64,000 bases of DNA, from assembly GCA_964252075.1 (NCBI GenBank), contig CAXULY010000027.1, positions 1 through 64,000 of the forward strand. The letters are read 5' to 3'. Shown piece by piece: positions 38,063 through 49,239 of the stretch. The notes beneath the pieces are model-generated. The model did not search any database. It had not been told where the DNA came from and saw only the letters and a list, made by a program, of their open reading frames with translations. A program made the translations under genes and the position numbers. This DNA comes from an uncultured Deinococcaceae bacterium (GTDB lineage Bacteria > Deinococcota > Deinococci > Deinococcales > Deinococcaceae). How positions within the stretch are numbered: the first letter of the stretch is position 1; every line of letters begins with the position of its first letter.

Positions 38063-41000
38063 GAACTTCTCCCTTCGGGGCGCTGACTTCGTTGTGAATG
38101 GTTTCCAGGGTCATGCGCAGCAGGGCCTTCGACATTCCCTTGTGGTCGCGCGCGTGGGCCTCCACACGTCCGCGGATGCGCTCCAGCGCGTCCCGCTCCG
38201 TGAGGGCGTCCCGGATGCGGGTCAGCAGGCGCGGTGGCACGCCCACCAGGGTCGTCACCTCGCCGCTCGCCGTGCCGTTGAGCACGGCGTCCAGCTCGGC
38301 CAGCAGGTCCGCGCTCACGCGGCCTCCGACTCGAGGGCCTGCAGCACGGCCAGCGTCAGGGCCCCGGTGGCGGTGTCGGCGGTGGCGACACCGTGGTACG
38401 TGGCCTCCTCCGCCTCGCCCTGCAACGTCCACACCCGCGCGATGTACCCCGCGCCTTCTCGGCCGCGCAGCACGCGCACCGTCCAGCCCCACCCGCGCGC
38501 CGCGCACAGCTCCTCCAGCGCGGCGCGCAGCACCGCGTCGCCTGCCGGCATGTGAACGGCGTCGCTGCAGGGAATGCCGCGCAGGATGGGGCGGATGTCG
38601 CCGTCCGCGTCGAGGACCACGAGGCCCGGCACGCGGCGGTTCACCTCCAGCAGCGGGTCCCACTGTCGGGCCGTCACTTCGACACCGCCTGCAGGGCGCC
38701 CTGCACGGCCTGCGTGAACGCCAGGAAGGGCTCGCACGCGCGGCCCCGGCCGAGTTCCTGCCCGCCGTGGTACACCATGGCGCCGCACTCGTCGCCGAGG
38801 ACGCTCAGCATCCACTCCCACCCGCGCGCCCGGCACAGCTCCCGCCAGCCCCCTTCGAGGAGTTCAGGCTCCGCGTGGAGGGCGCACCACTTCCCGCGGG
38901 AGCTGAGCGTGCCCGCCGTGCGCCACTCGCCGCGCAGCCGCACCTCGATCAGGGTCAGGTGCTCGGCGTTGCGCATTGGTGTGAGGCGCAGGTGCTCGGG
39001 CGCCCACGGTGCCATCTGGCACAGCGCCTCGGGCAGCGTGTCCAACACAATCTCAGGCATCTTGGCGGTCACGAGATCCACCCTTCGACGAGCCCCTGCA
39101 GCGCCTTGCGGTGGTCGATGTCGAGGCGGTGGCGCACCTCGTTCGCGCAGTACTTCATCGTGCGGCCGTCCAGGCCGTTCAGTTGCGCGTCGGGGCCGCT
39201 CAGGCGGGCAAGCCAGGCGCGCAGCATCCGCGCGAGCGCCACCTCCTGATCCGTGACGGGCGCCTCGATGGGCGTCCGCACAATGTCCACTAGGGTCCGC
39301 ATCGACCAGCGGAAGTGCAGCACCAAGCCCTGCAGGACCAGGAACTCCACCAGCCCCAGGACCAGCGCAATGCGGCTGCCCGTGACGTACAGGACGGTGA
39401 ACGTCACGAGGAGCGCCGCGGCCAGCCAGAACGCGGTGGTGGCGCTGCGGACAAGGCCCTCCAGGATCTCCTTCATGCGACCTTCCCGCTCTTGAGGGCG
39501 AGGAGGCCGCGCAGGTACGCGCGGTGGTCGTGCACGTCGCGCCGCCAGCCCTCCACGATGGGCGCGAGGTCCGCGCCGTCCTCGCTGGTGATGACGGCGC
39601 GTTCGTTCTGGTGGTACCGGCTGGGCACGCCGTGGCGGGTGGCGTACGCGGCCAAGCTCATGCCCTCCAGGGCGCTGGTCACGTGCACGGCGTCGGGCTG
39701 CAGCTTCTTGGGCATGGGCGCCTCCTCGGCGGTGTCGGACAACTCAGGCGATTCGGGTGCAGGGGTATCGGAATACTTGGAGCGTTGAGGAAGCTGCGGG
39801 CCGCCCAGCACGCCCGTCAGCAGCTGCGCCTGCGCGGCCGACAGGCGCGCGGCGAGGTCGTCGCGCTCGCCGGTCACGGCGGCCAGCTGCGCGCGCAGGG
39901 CGCGCAGTTCGGCTTCCGCGTCCTCCAGCTGCGTGCAGGCGAGGTCCGCGGCGGTGCGCTCGGAGTCGAGGCGCCGCTGGAGGCGCGCGCGGTCCTGCGC
40001 CGCCTGTTCCTGCATGTCGCGAACCTCGCGCTCGACGGCCAGGCGCTGCACCTCCGCGCGGCCCTCCAGCTCCACGCGCTGCGCGGCCAGCGCCTGGACC
40101 AGCTCGGCTTCGAAGCCCGTCACGCGGCGCTCCAGGCCGTCCGCTCGGCGGCGCTCCTGGGTCGAGTCCGCCTGCGCCTGATCGACGAGGCGCATGGAGG
40201 CGTCCACGCCCTCCTGGTACACCACGCGAATCCGACCCTCGGCCTCGTCGAGGCACGCCAGGATGTACCGCTCAATGCATGCCCACACGTATGCCAGCTC
40301 CCCGCGCAGCTTCTCGCGCACGACCTTCGGCGCGTTGCCCACACCACCACCACACGCCAGCACCGCCCACCCCTGGAAGTCGTACGCGCGGTTCATGAGG
40401 TTCGCGATGGTCTCGGACCCGTCCGTGTCCTCGCGCATCGACCGCTGTAGCTCCCTGGAGATGGCCGCCATGGCCTGCTGAAACGCCTCCCGCCACTGGT
40501 GGGACGTCATGCGGGCGGCGCGCGCCTCGGACATGGGGGACGCCTCCCGCCCGTCCATCTGCTGGAGCGCATGGGCCTTGACGGCCTGCAGGTCCACCGC
40601 GCTCAGGAGGGCGCGCGTGTCGGCGGGTTGAAGGGTGATGGACTCGCTCATGGCTGTTCCTCTTCGTCTTCGTCATCGCTGGGGCCGCCGTACTGTTCAA
40701 AGAACGCCAGGCTGGACTGGACCTTCGGGCCGAACTCGGCGCGCATGTTCCGCTGTCGACGCGCGCGGTCGGCGGTGTCGTACATCTCGTAACAGTCGGT
40801 GGACAGGAACGCCTCGCGGAGTGCGGCGCCGTCCACGTCGTCCGGCGCGTCCCGACCGTGCCGGCGCGCGTAGTGGCTTTCCGCCTGGTACAGCATCCGC
40901 TGCCGGTCGCCGTACTCCATGGCGCTGTCGAGGTCCTCGAACGCCGCAAACTCCGGCAGGCCGAGCGCCAGGGTCGCCTGCTGCACCAGCGCCTGGAAGC

Positions 41001-41280
41001 GTTCGCGGACGACCATGCTGCTCCAGGACTCGCGGCCCTGCGCGCGCAGCTCCGCGTGCAGGGTGGCGCTGATGGCGTCCCAGTCGAGCGCCTCGCCGAT
41101 GCGGACGTACAGGTCGTCGGCGCGCTGCACCGCCGCCCACCAGTCGTCGAGCGTCAGGCCCCGCGCCTCGAGGGACGCGGGCAGGACCGCGAACACGCCC
41201 TCGTTCCCCAGTCGGTGGTCCAGATCCGTGCCGGTCATGCGCTCGGCCATGTGCGCGACGATGCGGTCACGGAGCGCCAT
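38046..41280 (-). other. Six coupled hypothetical ORFs (38046-38318; 38315-38677; 38674-39081; 39069-39476 TM; 39473-40651 coiled coil; 40648-41280)
   Basis: Overlapping stop/start codons; GC3 bias. Confidence 0.65.
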
Positions 41281-41569
41281 GCGACCCTCCCACTTCAGCG
41301 GGGATCTCCCTGAGGGGCGTCGCGCCATTCAGACCGGAGGTGTCGTGCTGCAGGCGCCAGCGGCGCGGGTCCGCGCAGCGCGCGAGCAGCAGGTAGGTGC
41401 TGTTCACGGTGACGGCCACGCCGCCCTGCAGGCGCTGCACGGGGCTGGTCCGGACCGGCGTGCCGTCCACCAGGCGGGGGTGGCCGCGCACGAAGCCGCT
41501 GAGGGTCAGGTCCCCGACGGCGGTGCGCCACAGCGCCCAGTCGTCCAACGTTGGGAGGGTGATGTTCAC
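41267..41569 (-). CDS. DUF6634-like small phage protein
   Basis: LDDW...GFVRGHPRLVDGTPVRTS...TVNSTYLL. Confidence 0.6.
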   Translation of the reverse strand: MNITLPTLDDWALWRTAVGDLTLSGFVRGHPRLVDGTPVRTSPVQRLQGGVAVTVNSTYLLLARCADPRRWRLQHDTSGLNGATPLREIPAEVGGSHGAP

Positions 41570-42156
41570 GCGGCCCTCCGACGGGGTCGGCGGCGCGCGG
41601 CCTCACGCTGCCCGAGGTGCTCATGCAGGGCGGCCTCCGGATGATTGGTGGCACGCTCCACCGCGTCCACGTCCACAAAGCTCGTGAGGGATGCGGACGC
41701 CTGGTACACCACGGTGGCACCGATGTACGTGGCGCGCAGGCGGCCCTCCACCGTCAGGGCCTTGCAGGTCTCCCGGATCTCGCCGAGCGGCGCCCCAAGG
41801 CGCGTGGCGAGGCCGCTGGCGAGTTCGCCGCTGTGCGCGACGGCCGCCAGGATCGGCGCGACCAGCGCGGGCCGCACCAGGGTCTGGTCGACCTGGACGT
41901 CCACGAGTTCCCAGGTGACGCGGCGCTTCTGCGCGTCGGCGCTCATCAAGGCGCGAACCAGCCCGTGGGCCTGCAGATCCTCCAGCCACAGCGCGGCCGT
42001 CGCCTGCGACGCGCCGAGTTCGCGGGCGATGAGGCCCGTGCCGAGCGGCCCGCGCTCGCGCAGGAGGGCCAGGATGCGCGCGTCGTGCTCGGGCGTGGCG
42101 GCGCGCTTCATGACCTGCCCGTCAATGGTGAAGTGATGGAACGATCCGACGGTCAT
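41566..42156 (-). CDS. Tandem winged-HTH protein
   Basis: ILALLRERGPLGTGLIARELG...LQAHGLV plus a second similar unit. Confidence 0.7.
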   Translation of the reverse strand: MTVGSFHHFTIDGQVMKRAATPEHDARILALLRERGPLGTGLIARELGASQATAALWLEDLQAHGLVRALMSADAQKRRVTWELVDVQVDQTLVRPALVAPILAAVAHSGELASGLATRLGAPLGEIRETCKALTVEGRLRATYIGATVVYQASASLTSFVDVDAVERATNHPEAALHEHLGQREAARRRPRRRAA

Positions 42157-42199
42157 GCGGTCTCCTCTCGGGCGTGTTGGTGGATCGGGGCGGCGCGCT

Positions 42200-42892
42200 T
42201 CACGAAGGCCGCCCGGCGCGCAGTCGGAACGCCCCACTGGTGCTCTGCGCGATGCGACGGGACAGCAGCAGGTGCGTCAGCGCGGTCTCGAACGTCGAGG
42301 CGGGCACCTCGGGCAGCAGGTGGTCCATGAGTTTCTCCTTGCGGGCGTACCCGAAGCACCACTCGGACGCCATGAACTCCTCGATGCGCCGCGCCACGCG
42401 CTGCACCTGCGCGTCGTTGCTGAGGTACCGGGGCAGGCAGGCGCTGCGCGGGGCGAGGCGCGGCAGGGGCGGGTACGAAAACGCGCTCGCCGCGATGATC
42501 TTGTGGCGCACCACCCGCTCGATGCCGGGCAGCGTGGCGCGCAGCGCGATCAGTTCGTGCTCCGCGTCGTTCGCGCGCAGGCGCAGGGCGCGGTTCTCGT
42601 TTGCCAGCTGCTGGATCAGCTCGCCCTGCCGACTGTTCTGCTGGCGGCTCAGCAGGCGCTCCTGCTGCCGCACGGCGTTCGCGCCGATGAGGGCGCCGCG
42701 GCAGCGTTCCTCCTGCGTGAGCGCCTCCACGAAGCCCGTGAGGCGCCCACGCAGGTTCGCGGGCAGCGTGTTGAAGCGCCGCACGCGCTCCGCCCGCCAG
42801 GCCTGCGCGACTTCCGTGAGCACGGCCGGGTCGCCCGCCTGCCCGGGCACCTCGCGCAGGTCCGCGAGGGTGCGCGGCGCGTCGAGGGTCAC
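42200..42892 (-). CDS. Coiled-coil hypothetical protein
   Basis: Coupled ORF. Confidence 0.6.
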   Translation of the reverse strand: MTLDAPRTLADLREVPGQAGDPAVLTEVAQAWRAERVRRFNTLPANLRGRLTGFVEALTQEERCRGALIGANAVRQQERLLSRQQNSRQGELIQQLANENRALRLRANDAEHELIALRATLPGIERVVRHKIIAASAFSYPPLPRLAPRSACLPRYLSNDAQVQRVARRIEEFMASEWCFGYARKEKLMDHLLPEVPASTFETALTHLLLSRRIAQSTSGAFRLRAGRPS

Positions 42893-43530
42893 GCCTCCAC
42901 CCCCGGTGTGCAGCCGCTGCACAGGTCCGGCTCGGCCCAGCTGCAGCCCTCGTCGCAGGCCCAGTCGTCGGTGCAGCCGCACGCCCGGCACGCCCGCAGG
43001 CCGAGCACCGTGGCGCGGTAGCGGCGCGCGACGTGCTCGCGGTCCGGGTTCACGCCGTGCAGGCCCGCGTGCCGCTCGATGAACCCCTCCTTACACAGGG
43101 CGTCCAGGACCGGCTGCAGGCCCGCCCGGGTGGAACTGGTGGCGCGCGCGATCTGGGCGATCTTCAGTTCGTTCCGGGCGAGCAGGTGCAGGACGCGCGC
43201 ACGCAGGTGGTGCAGGTCCGCTTCGAGGCGGCCCCAGGTGCGGGCGTCGCGCAGCTGCCGGAGGGTGGGCTGCCCCTCGGACGGGAGGACCAAGTCGGCC
43301 ACCGGTCCCAGCGCGATGATGGTGCCGGCACCCGTGCAGGCGAACGCTGCGGCGGCGAGCACCTCCAGGTTCACGATGCGCTGCCCGGCACGCAGGATGT
43401 CCCGCGCGCGCTCCAGGTCCGGACGCTGGGCCGGCATGCCAGGCTCCTCACCACGCACCTGCAGGACCTCCAGCATCAGGGTGGTGGCGTACAGCAGCGT
43501 GTGCCGGTGCGGCTCAGGCGTCATGGTCAC
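42889..43530 (-). CDS. wHTH protein with Cys-rich C-terminus
   Basis: IAQIARAT...LCKEGFI; CRACGCTDDWACDEGCSW...CSGC. Confidence 0.7.
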   Translation of the reverse strand: MTMTPEPHRHTLLYATTLMLEVLQVRGEEPGMPAQRPDLERARDILRAGQRIVNLEVLAAAAFACTGAGTIIALGPVADLVLPSEGQPTLRQLRDARTWGRLEADLHHLRARVLHLLARNELKIAQIARATSSTRAGLQPVLDALCKEGFIERHAGLHGVNPDREHVARRYRATVLGLRACRACGCTDDWACDEGCSWAEPDLCSGCTPGVEA

Positions 43531-43858
43531 GCGCTCCTTTCAGGTTCACGGCGACCAGGGCGTCCGGCACCATCAAGGCGACGAACAACGCGGACGACAC
43601 CCCGAGAAACAGCCCCTGGATCTCCAGCGGATCAGGCACCCGCGGGTGCCCGATCGTGGAGTTCACCTCCACCAGCTGGTACCGCTCGGTGTAGCGCGCG
43701 CGGAATTCCGTGACGGTCCCGATGGGCAGGCCGAACAGGTTCAGCAGGGCAATGTTGAACGCCGAGCTGCTGACGCGGTGGTGCGTGGTGAACAGCACCT
43801 CGTGATGCCGTGGGACCTCGCAGATGAACTGCACCTGCACCGTCCGCTCGGGGCTCAC
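43514..43858 (-). CDS. Hypothetical protein
   Basis: Coupled ORF. Confidence 0.55.
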   Translation of the reverse strand: MSPERTVQVQFICEVPRHHEVLFTTHHRVSSSAFNIALLNLFGLPIGTVTEFRARYTERYQLVEVNSTIGHPRVPDPLEIQGLFLGVSSALFVALMVPDALVAVNLKGARDHDA

Positions 43859-46800
43859 GCGTTCTCCCGCATGGGGCGCGGCAGGAAGCCGCGCGCGGCG
43901 AGCTGCGGGGCCTCCTCGAGCAGCATCACGCGCAGGTACTGGTCGCTGGCGTTCGCCTCCTCGGGCAGCTCCGCGTCCGACCACAGCTCCAGCAGCGCCT
44001 CGCGGTTGCAGGCCTGCAGGTACTCCTCGGTGAGGGTCCAGGCGGGCGCGCCGGGCAGGGCGCAGCGCAGGTCCTCGAAGGTCCAGTCGCCGCGGAGGGA
44101 GCTCACCAGGTCCGCGGCCTGAATGGCGACGAGGCGGGCGAGGCGCCGCATCAGGTCGGCCGGCAGGGCCAGCAGCGCTCGGAACACCACAGGGCCCGGA
44201 ATCATCCCATCGTCCTGCTGCGCGATGGAGAGGCCGTCCTGCTCACTCAGCGTCAGGACGCCGTCCGTCTGGACCACCACCGCTCGGAGCAGCGCCTCCT
44301 GCCCGTACGCTTCGACGATGTACTCCTCGGTGAGGTGCCCCCACACCATCGTGACGTCCGCGAGGTGATCGTCCGCGAGGGCGGCCTGCAGCACTTGAGC
44401 CTTGGCGGCCACCCCGACCACGTACGCTCCGGCGTACCTGGGTGCGTCCGGCGTCGCGAGGTTCGAGGGGGTCGACGTGGGTTGCGTGTTGGGGGCGGCC
44501 GACGCTGGTCCTGCGGGCGTCTCGTGCGTGGGGACTGGACGGGGCGCCTCGGCACGGTAGGCGGGCGTCCGGGCGTTCCGTGCTGGGCGGCGCCCTTCGT
44601 AGCGCTTGAGTTCACCCGTGATGTTGCTGATCCAGTACAGCGTGCCGTCACCCGCGTCGTAATCCCAACTCTGCAGTTCGGGCCGGACCACCACGTCCGC
44701 GACCGGCGCACCCTGGCTGACATCCTTGTCGGCCAGGGCTTTGGCATGCCGCACCTGGCAGTCCAGCGCGGCCTTGAAGTCCGCGAAGTGCTCGGGCAGG
44801 TCGCCGAACAGGTCGCCTGGCACAATCTGGCCCTGGTACCAGTGCCGAGGGAACTGCGCGCGGGCCGTCTGGAACAGCCGGTCGCCGAGCAGCTTTCGGA
44901 GGGCTTCCGGTGTCGCGTCACGCTGGAAGTGCGTGTACTTGAGGTGGGCGTCGTACAGCGCCTGCTGCGCGTCGGGCGTGGCGACCGCCAGGACCTCCAC
45001 CTGCCCGAGCGTCAGGTCGCCCGCGTCGTACAGCGCCCGGTACTTCGGGATGAGGTTCCGCGCGATCTGCACGCGCCGCGTCAGCGTCTTTTTGGTGTAC
45101 CCGAAACGCGCCGAGAGCATGTCGACGGTCGCGCCGTGCTCCATCAGCGCGGCGAACGCGTCGGCCTCCTCGAGGGGGCTCATGCGGCGGCGCTGGACGT
45201 TCTCGGTGGTGGCGTTCTCCAGCAGCTCCAGGTCCGTCATGTCCTCCACCAGGACCGGCACCAGGTAGTCGGGCTCCACGTACATCGTGTCGCGCCGCTC
45301 GCCCTCCCCGACCTCCAGGCTGTGCACCAGCAGGCCGATGGCGCGCCAGCGCCTTTCGCCCGCGGCGATCTCGAACAGGCCGGGGCGGGTGGGGTGCGGC
45401 CGGGCGAGCAGGTTCTGCTTCACCCCGCCGTGGAAGATGCTGACCGCCAGCTCCTGTAGGGACACCTGATCGAAGGCCTTGCGGGGGTTCAGGTCGCTGT
45501 TCGTGAGCTTGTTCCAGGGGATCAGCTGGATGCCGATGGGCGGCGCGTCGATCGCCGGGATGGGGAAGCGCCGCTCAAGCGCGGTGGAGGCGCCCTCGGT
45601 GGGCACGGAGGCAGACGCGTCTTCGTCGGGCGCCGCGTCAAGGAAGGGCGTGCCTTCGGGCAGCTCGGCGGGCGCGCCCTCCGGTCCCCGCTCGGTCGCG
45701 TCGCTGAGCGGCTTCACGCGCAGGCGGCGGACATCCAGGACGGCGTTGTCGGGGTTCAGGCGGCGGCGCACCAGCACGTCGTCCGGCGACACCTGCAGGC
45801 GCACCGCGCGGTTCCCGTCGATGCGCTCGATCTGCAGCACGCCCTCGTGCGCGCTCAGCACCGCGAAGACGCCGCCCAGGACGCCCAGCTCCGCGAGGAC
45901 CACCAGGTCGCCGGGCAGCAGGGCGACGGCGGGCGGCGTGCAGGCCGCGCGGGGGGCGCCGCTCGGGATGGCCATGTTGCCGTCCTCGTGCCAGACCTCC
46001 ACGAGCAGCGTCATGTCCGTCATGGCGTCCGTGACGCAGGTGATGGTGCCCTGGATCGACACGATCTCGCCGGTGTCCCAGGTGCGCGTGTCGATCCGGA
46101 GGTCCGGCGCGCGCCGGCGCGCGGCGCCGTCCATCGCCTCCACCAGGCCGCGGTGCAGGTTGGCGAGGTGCGCTTCGTCATGCTCCGGCGGGGTGGAAGG
46201 GAACGCCTCGGTCGGGCGTTCCGGGCGGCGCGACCGCTTCACGACCGTCACCTCGGGGGATGCGTCAGGCACGGGCTCGACTTCTGTGGGCTGGGCCAGG
46301 GTCACCTCGGCCGAGGCCGCCTCGGGGTGCTGGCAGTTGCCCGCCATGCGGTGGTACGTCTGACCGGTGGCGTCGTCGCGCACCGTGAGGGCGTCCCCGC
46401 GCACGCTGCTCGCGACCGTGGGGAGGTCCGGGCCGACCTGCTCCACCACGCCGCGCGACAGCTCATCGGGCTTCGTGAGCGCCCTGGGGAACAACACCGC
46501 GTCGCCAGGCTTGAAGGTGTCCGCGTCGCGCAGCAGCGTGGCGGTGTTCGACTCCACGGTGAACTTCTGGCTGCCGGTGGTCTCCACGTTCGCGAAGCCG
46601 TCCCCAACGGTCAGCACGCGGCCCTGCAGGACCTGCGGGCGCCCGTGGTTGGTGTGTGTGAACGACAGCCACCGGCCGACTTCGACGTCCGCGCCGTGCC
46701 GGTCGAGGGTGGGTTGGTCGGAACTCAGTGCGGGCTGGGCGGCGTCCGTGTCATTGCGGTCCGCGCGCGCCTTCGCGTCCTCCTGAGCGGGCGCCGTGGG

Positions 46801-46881
46801 CGTGAGGGGTGTACGCGTGGACTTGCCCTGCTGGCGGCGGGTTTTCGGGGTCCTAGGTTTCTTCTGGTCGTCGGCGTTCAT
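43855..46881 (-). CDS. Large ParB/Spo0J-family protein (about 1008 aa)
   Basis: NPRKAF, GVKQNLLARP, AGERRWRA and ENVQR...PLEEA motifs. Confidence 0.9.
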   Translation of the reverse strand: MNADDQKKPRTPKTRRQQGKSTRTPLTPTAPAQEDAKARADRNDTDAAQPALSSDQPTLDRHGADVEVGRWLSFTHTNHGRPQVLQGRVLTVGDGFANVETTGSQKFTVESNTATLLRDADTFKPGDAVLFPRALTKPDELSRGVVEQVGPDLPTVASSVRGDALTVRDDATGQTYHRMAGNCQHPEAASAEVTLAQPTEVEPVPDASPEVTVVKRSRRPERPTEAFPSTPPEHDEAHLANLHRGLVEAMDGAARRRAPDLRIDTRTWDTGEIVSIQGTITCVTDAMTDMTLLVEVWHEDGNMAIPSGAPRAACTPPAVALLPGDLVVLAELGVLGGVFAVLSAHEGVLQIERIDGNRAVRLQVSPDDVLVRRRLNPDNAVLDVRRLRVKPLSDATERGPEGAPAELPEGTPFLDAAPDEDASASVPTEGASTALERRFPIPAIDAPPIGIQLIPWNKLTNSDLNPRKAFDQVSLQELAVSIFHGGVKQNLLARPHPTRPGLFEIAAGERRWRAIGLLVHSLEVGEGERRDTMYVEPDYLVPVLVEDMTDLELLENATTENVQRRRMSPLEEADAFAALMEHGATVDMLSARFGYTKKTLTRRVQIARNLIPKYRALYDAGDLTLGQVEVLAVATPDAQQALYDAHLKYTHFQRDATPEALRKLLGDRLFQTARAQFPRHWYQGQIVPGDLFGDLPEHFADFKAALDCQVRHAKALADKDVSQGAPVADVVVRPELQSWDYDAGDGTLYWISNITGELKRYEGRRPARNARTPAYRAEAPRPVPTHETPAGPASAAPNTQPTSTPSNLATPDAPRYAGAYVVGVAAKAQVLQAALADDHLADVTMVWGHLTEEYIVEAYGQEALLRAVVVQTDGVLTLSEQDGLSIAQQDDGMIPGPVVFRALLALPADLMRRLARLVAIQAADLVSSLRGDWTFEDLRCALPGAPAWTLTEEYLQACNREALLELWSDAELPEEANASDQYLRVMLLEEAPQLAARGFLPRPMRENA

Positions 46882-47107
46882 CGCAGGACCCCCGTGGCGC
46901 GGCAGCGGGTGCAGCAGAGGTCCGGGTGGATGCGCCCGCCGTCCGTGCAGGGGCAAAGCGCGCGGCGCATGAACCAGCGCTGGCTGTCCTGTACGAGCAA
47001 GGCCGCGCTCGGTCTACAGGTCACGCTGCTGCGCCTCAAGACGCAGCAGCGACAAGCCTTCACCCAAAGCGCAGATGCGATTTCTCGCGACGGCTTAGTG
47101 TTGCACC

Positions 47108-47320
47108 ATGACCTCACGAGACGACATCTCCATTCGCGAGATTGGGCACTCCAGGTACGGCGAACTCAAGGTGCTTGAATTGCCCAAGGGCATGCCGCTG
47201 CCTCCCGTGCATTCGGAGCTGACCGTGCAGGGACAAACCTTCGGGGTGGTCGGGATTCTGGACCTCGGTGACGGTCATGGCCCCCACCTCCTGGCGCTGA
47301 AGCGGGACAGCGGCCGCTGA
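47108..47320 (+). CDS. VVGILxxGDGxGP family protein (copy 2)
   Basis: Shared motif; leaderless TAGTGT box. Confidence 0.75.
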   Translation: MTSRDDISIREIGHSRYGELKVLELPKGMPLPPVHSELTVQGQTFGVVGILDLGDGHGPHLLALKRDSGR

Positions 47321-47377
47321 CCCTCGGTCCATGGCGCCCTTCTGGGCGTCCTCAACGACGGTTTCACACCACCTATT

Positions 47378-47413
47378 GCGCACCTCGGTGGCCCTTGGGC
47401 CACCGAGGTGCGC
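47378..47413. terminator. Perfect 17-bp inverted repeat
   Basis: GCGCACCTCGGTGGCCC-TT-GGGCCACCGAGGTGCGC. Confidence 0.65.
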
Positions 47414-47452
47414 GGTGCACGTCACGGACGCCGAGTCGTTACAGTGAGGGGC

Positions 47453-47680
47453 ATGACGAGACAGGTGGTCGTTGCCGCGCGGCCCATCGCGCCGGAAAAG
47501 GCGTCGGAGTTGGTCACCCTGGAACTGCTGAAGAACGAGGCGGTGCCGGGCATCGGTGAGCGCCTGAACTTCGGGCCACACGCGTACCTGGTGGTGGGCA
47601 TCCTGGACTACGGCGATGGTCACGGCCCCATTGCCCTTGCGGTGCTGGACACCGCAGAGGCCGAACACGCCTTGAGCTGA
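47453..47680 (+). CDS. VVGILxxGDGxGP family protein (copy 3)
   Basis: Shared motif; leaderless TACAGT box. Confidence 0.75.
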   Translation: MTRQVVVAARPIAPEKASELVTLELLKNEAVPGIGERLNFGPHAYLVVGILDYGDGHGPIALAVLDTAEAEHALS

Positions 47681-47730
47681 ACGGAGATGCATCGCAGCGC
47701 CTGTTCCCGTGTGGTGGAGGCGTTCGGTGA

Positions 47731-49082
47731 TCACAGCCACGTCCAGGTGCTCAGGTCCAGGAACCCACGTCGCACGGCGAAGGCGAACAGCAGCAGGGCG
47801 CCGATCAGCATGAGGGGCCAGGACGCGCCGGTGGCGCCGATCAGCAGCAGCACGAAGCCAATCCCGCCGACCACGTTGCGGATCGAGATCCACAGGCGCG
47901 CGAGGAGCCGCCACAACCTGCGGGGCCGGATGGGCGCGGCGGTCACAGGGGCGAGGCGCGTCACTTCGCGTCCTTCAGGGCGTCCAGCAGGGCGTCCGCG
48001 GCCTTCACGGCCGTCTCCGCGCAGGCCTCGACGTTCGGCGCGGTGTCAGCCGCCAGGAGGCCCTGCAGGGCCATCGCGGCGACCAGTTCACGCTTGGTGA
48101 GGCCGCGCTCGGCGTCAGCAGGGCGCATCGTGGGGAGAAGAAAGGGGAACGCTGCACTGTGACGGCTCATGCCTGACCTCCCTGCTGCCAGGCGCGGAAG
48201 GCCTGGAGGTGATGCTCGAACTCCGCGCGCAGTGGCGCGAGTTCCGGCTCGAAGCCCGCGGTGAGGGCCTCCATCGCCGCGTCGAGCTCGGCGGGCGTCC
48301 CGGTGTGGAAGCGCGCGAGGTTCGCGGCGTTGCGGGCCTGACGGGCGCGCGTGAGGCGCAGTTCGGTCTGGGCGGCTTCGAGGCGAGTGCGGGGCATGCT
48401 GCGCACCGTGATGGCGCCGGGCGTGCCGTGTGTGACGCCCGCCTGGAAGCAGGCGTCGCACACGGTGGTGTGACCGATGGCGCTGAAGGTGCACAAGCAG
48501 GCGAGGCAGGTGCGCGGCCAGCTGGGCTGGAAGGCGCGCGGCAAGAGCAGCTCAGCGAGGCTCACACCGCCACCGGCAGGCCGCCGCGGCCTTCTTCGGC
48601 CTCGCTCCAGTCCTGGCAGGCGGCCATGCACTGCGCGCGGGCGTAGTGCAGCTTCGCGCGGTCCTGGGCGGTGGGCGCCTTGAGCGCGTCGAACCACGCG
48701 GTGACGGCGGCGAGTTCGGCCTGCAGGGTGCGCACGCGGGCTTCGAGGTACTTCATGCCCAGCGCCCGCCCTGGCGGTGCCGGGCTTCCCCTTCGGTGGC
48801 GCGGGTGCGGACGGTGCTGGCCTTCTCCGCGCGGCCCAGGCCGGTGGTCTGCAGGCGGACGGCGCGGGCGGCGCGGGCGCCCTCGAGGCGGGCGTTCACG
48901 CCGTCGAGGTACGCCGTGGCGGCGTCCAGCGTCCTGAACGCGTCGGGTGCGCCGAGGACGCACCAGCGGTCAAGGCGCAGCCAGTGGTCGATGCGGCGCT
49001 CGCCGTAGCGGTACTCGTCGCGCACGCCGGGCAGGCCGGCGCCCTCGATGCGCTGGGCGGAAGGGGATGCTACTGTGGTCAC
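47731..49082 (-). other. First five small ORFs of the leftward operon (47731-47964 TM; 47961-48170; 48167-48565; 48562-48756; 48753-49082)
   Basis: Translational coupling; GLTKRELVAAMALQG motif common in phages. Confidence 0.65.
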
Positions 49083-49150
49083 GCAGAACCTCGTTTCTGT
49101 GGGCGGTCCGAACCTTTCGCAGGGGGTGGGCCGCTTTTTCTGTCCTCGAA

Positions 49151-49187
49151 AGTGTAGCTCTAAGCTACATTATTTGCAAGATGTAGC
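49151..49187 (-). promoter_or_regulatory. Leftward early promoter with operator-like GTAGC/GCTAC sites
   Basis: TTGCAA-17 bp-TACACT; palindrome TGTAGCTCTAAGCTACA. Confidence 0.75.
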
Positions 49188-49239
49188 CGCGAGCGACACT
49201 GCCCCGGTGCGCTACGCTGAAGACAGACCGGAGCGAACA

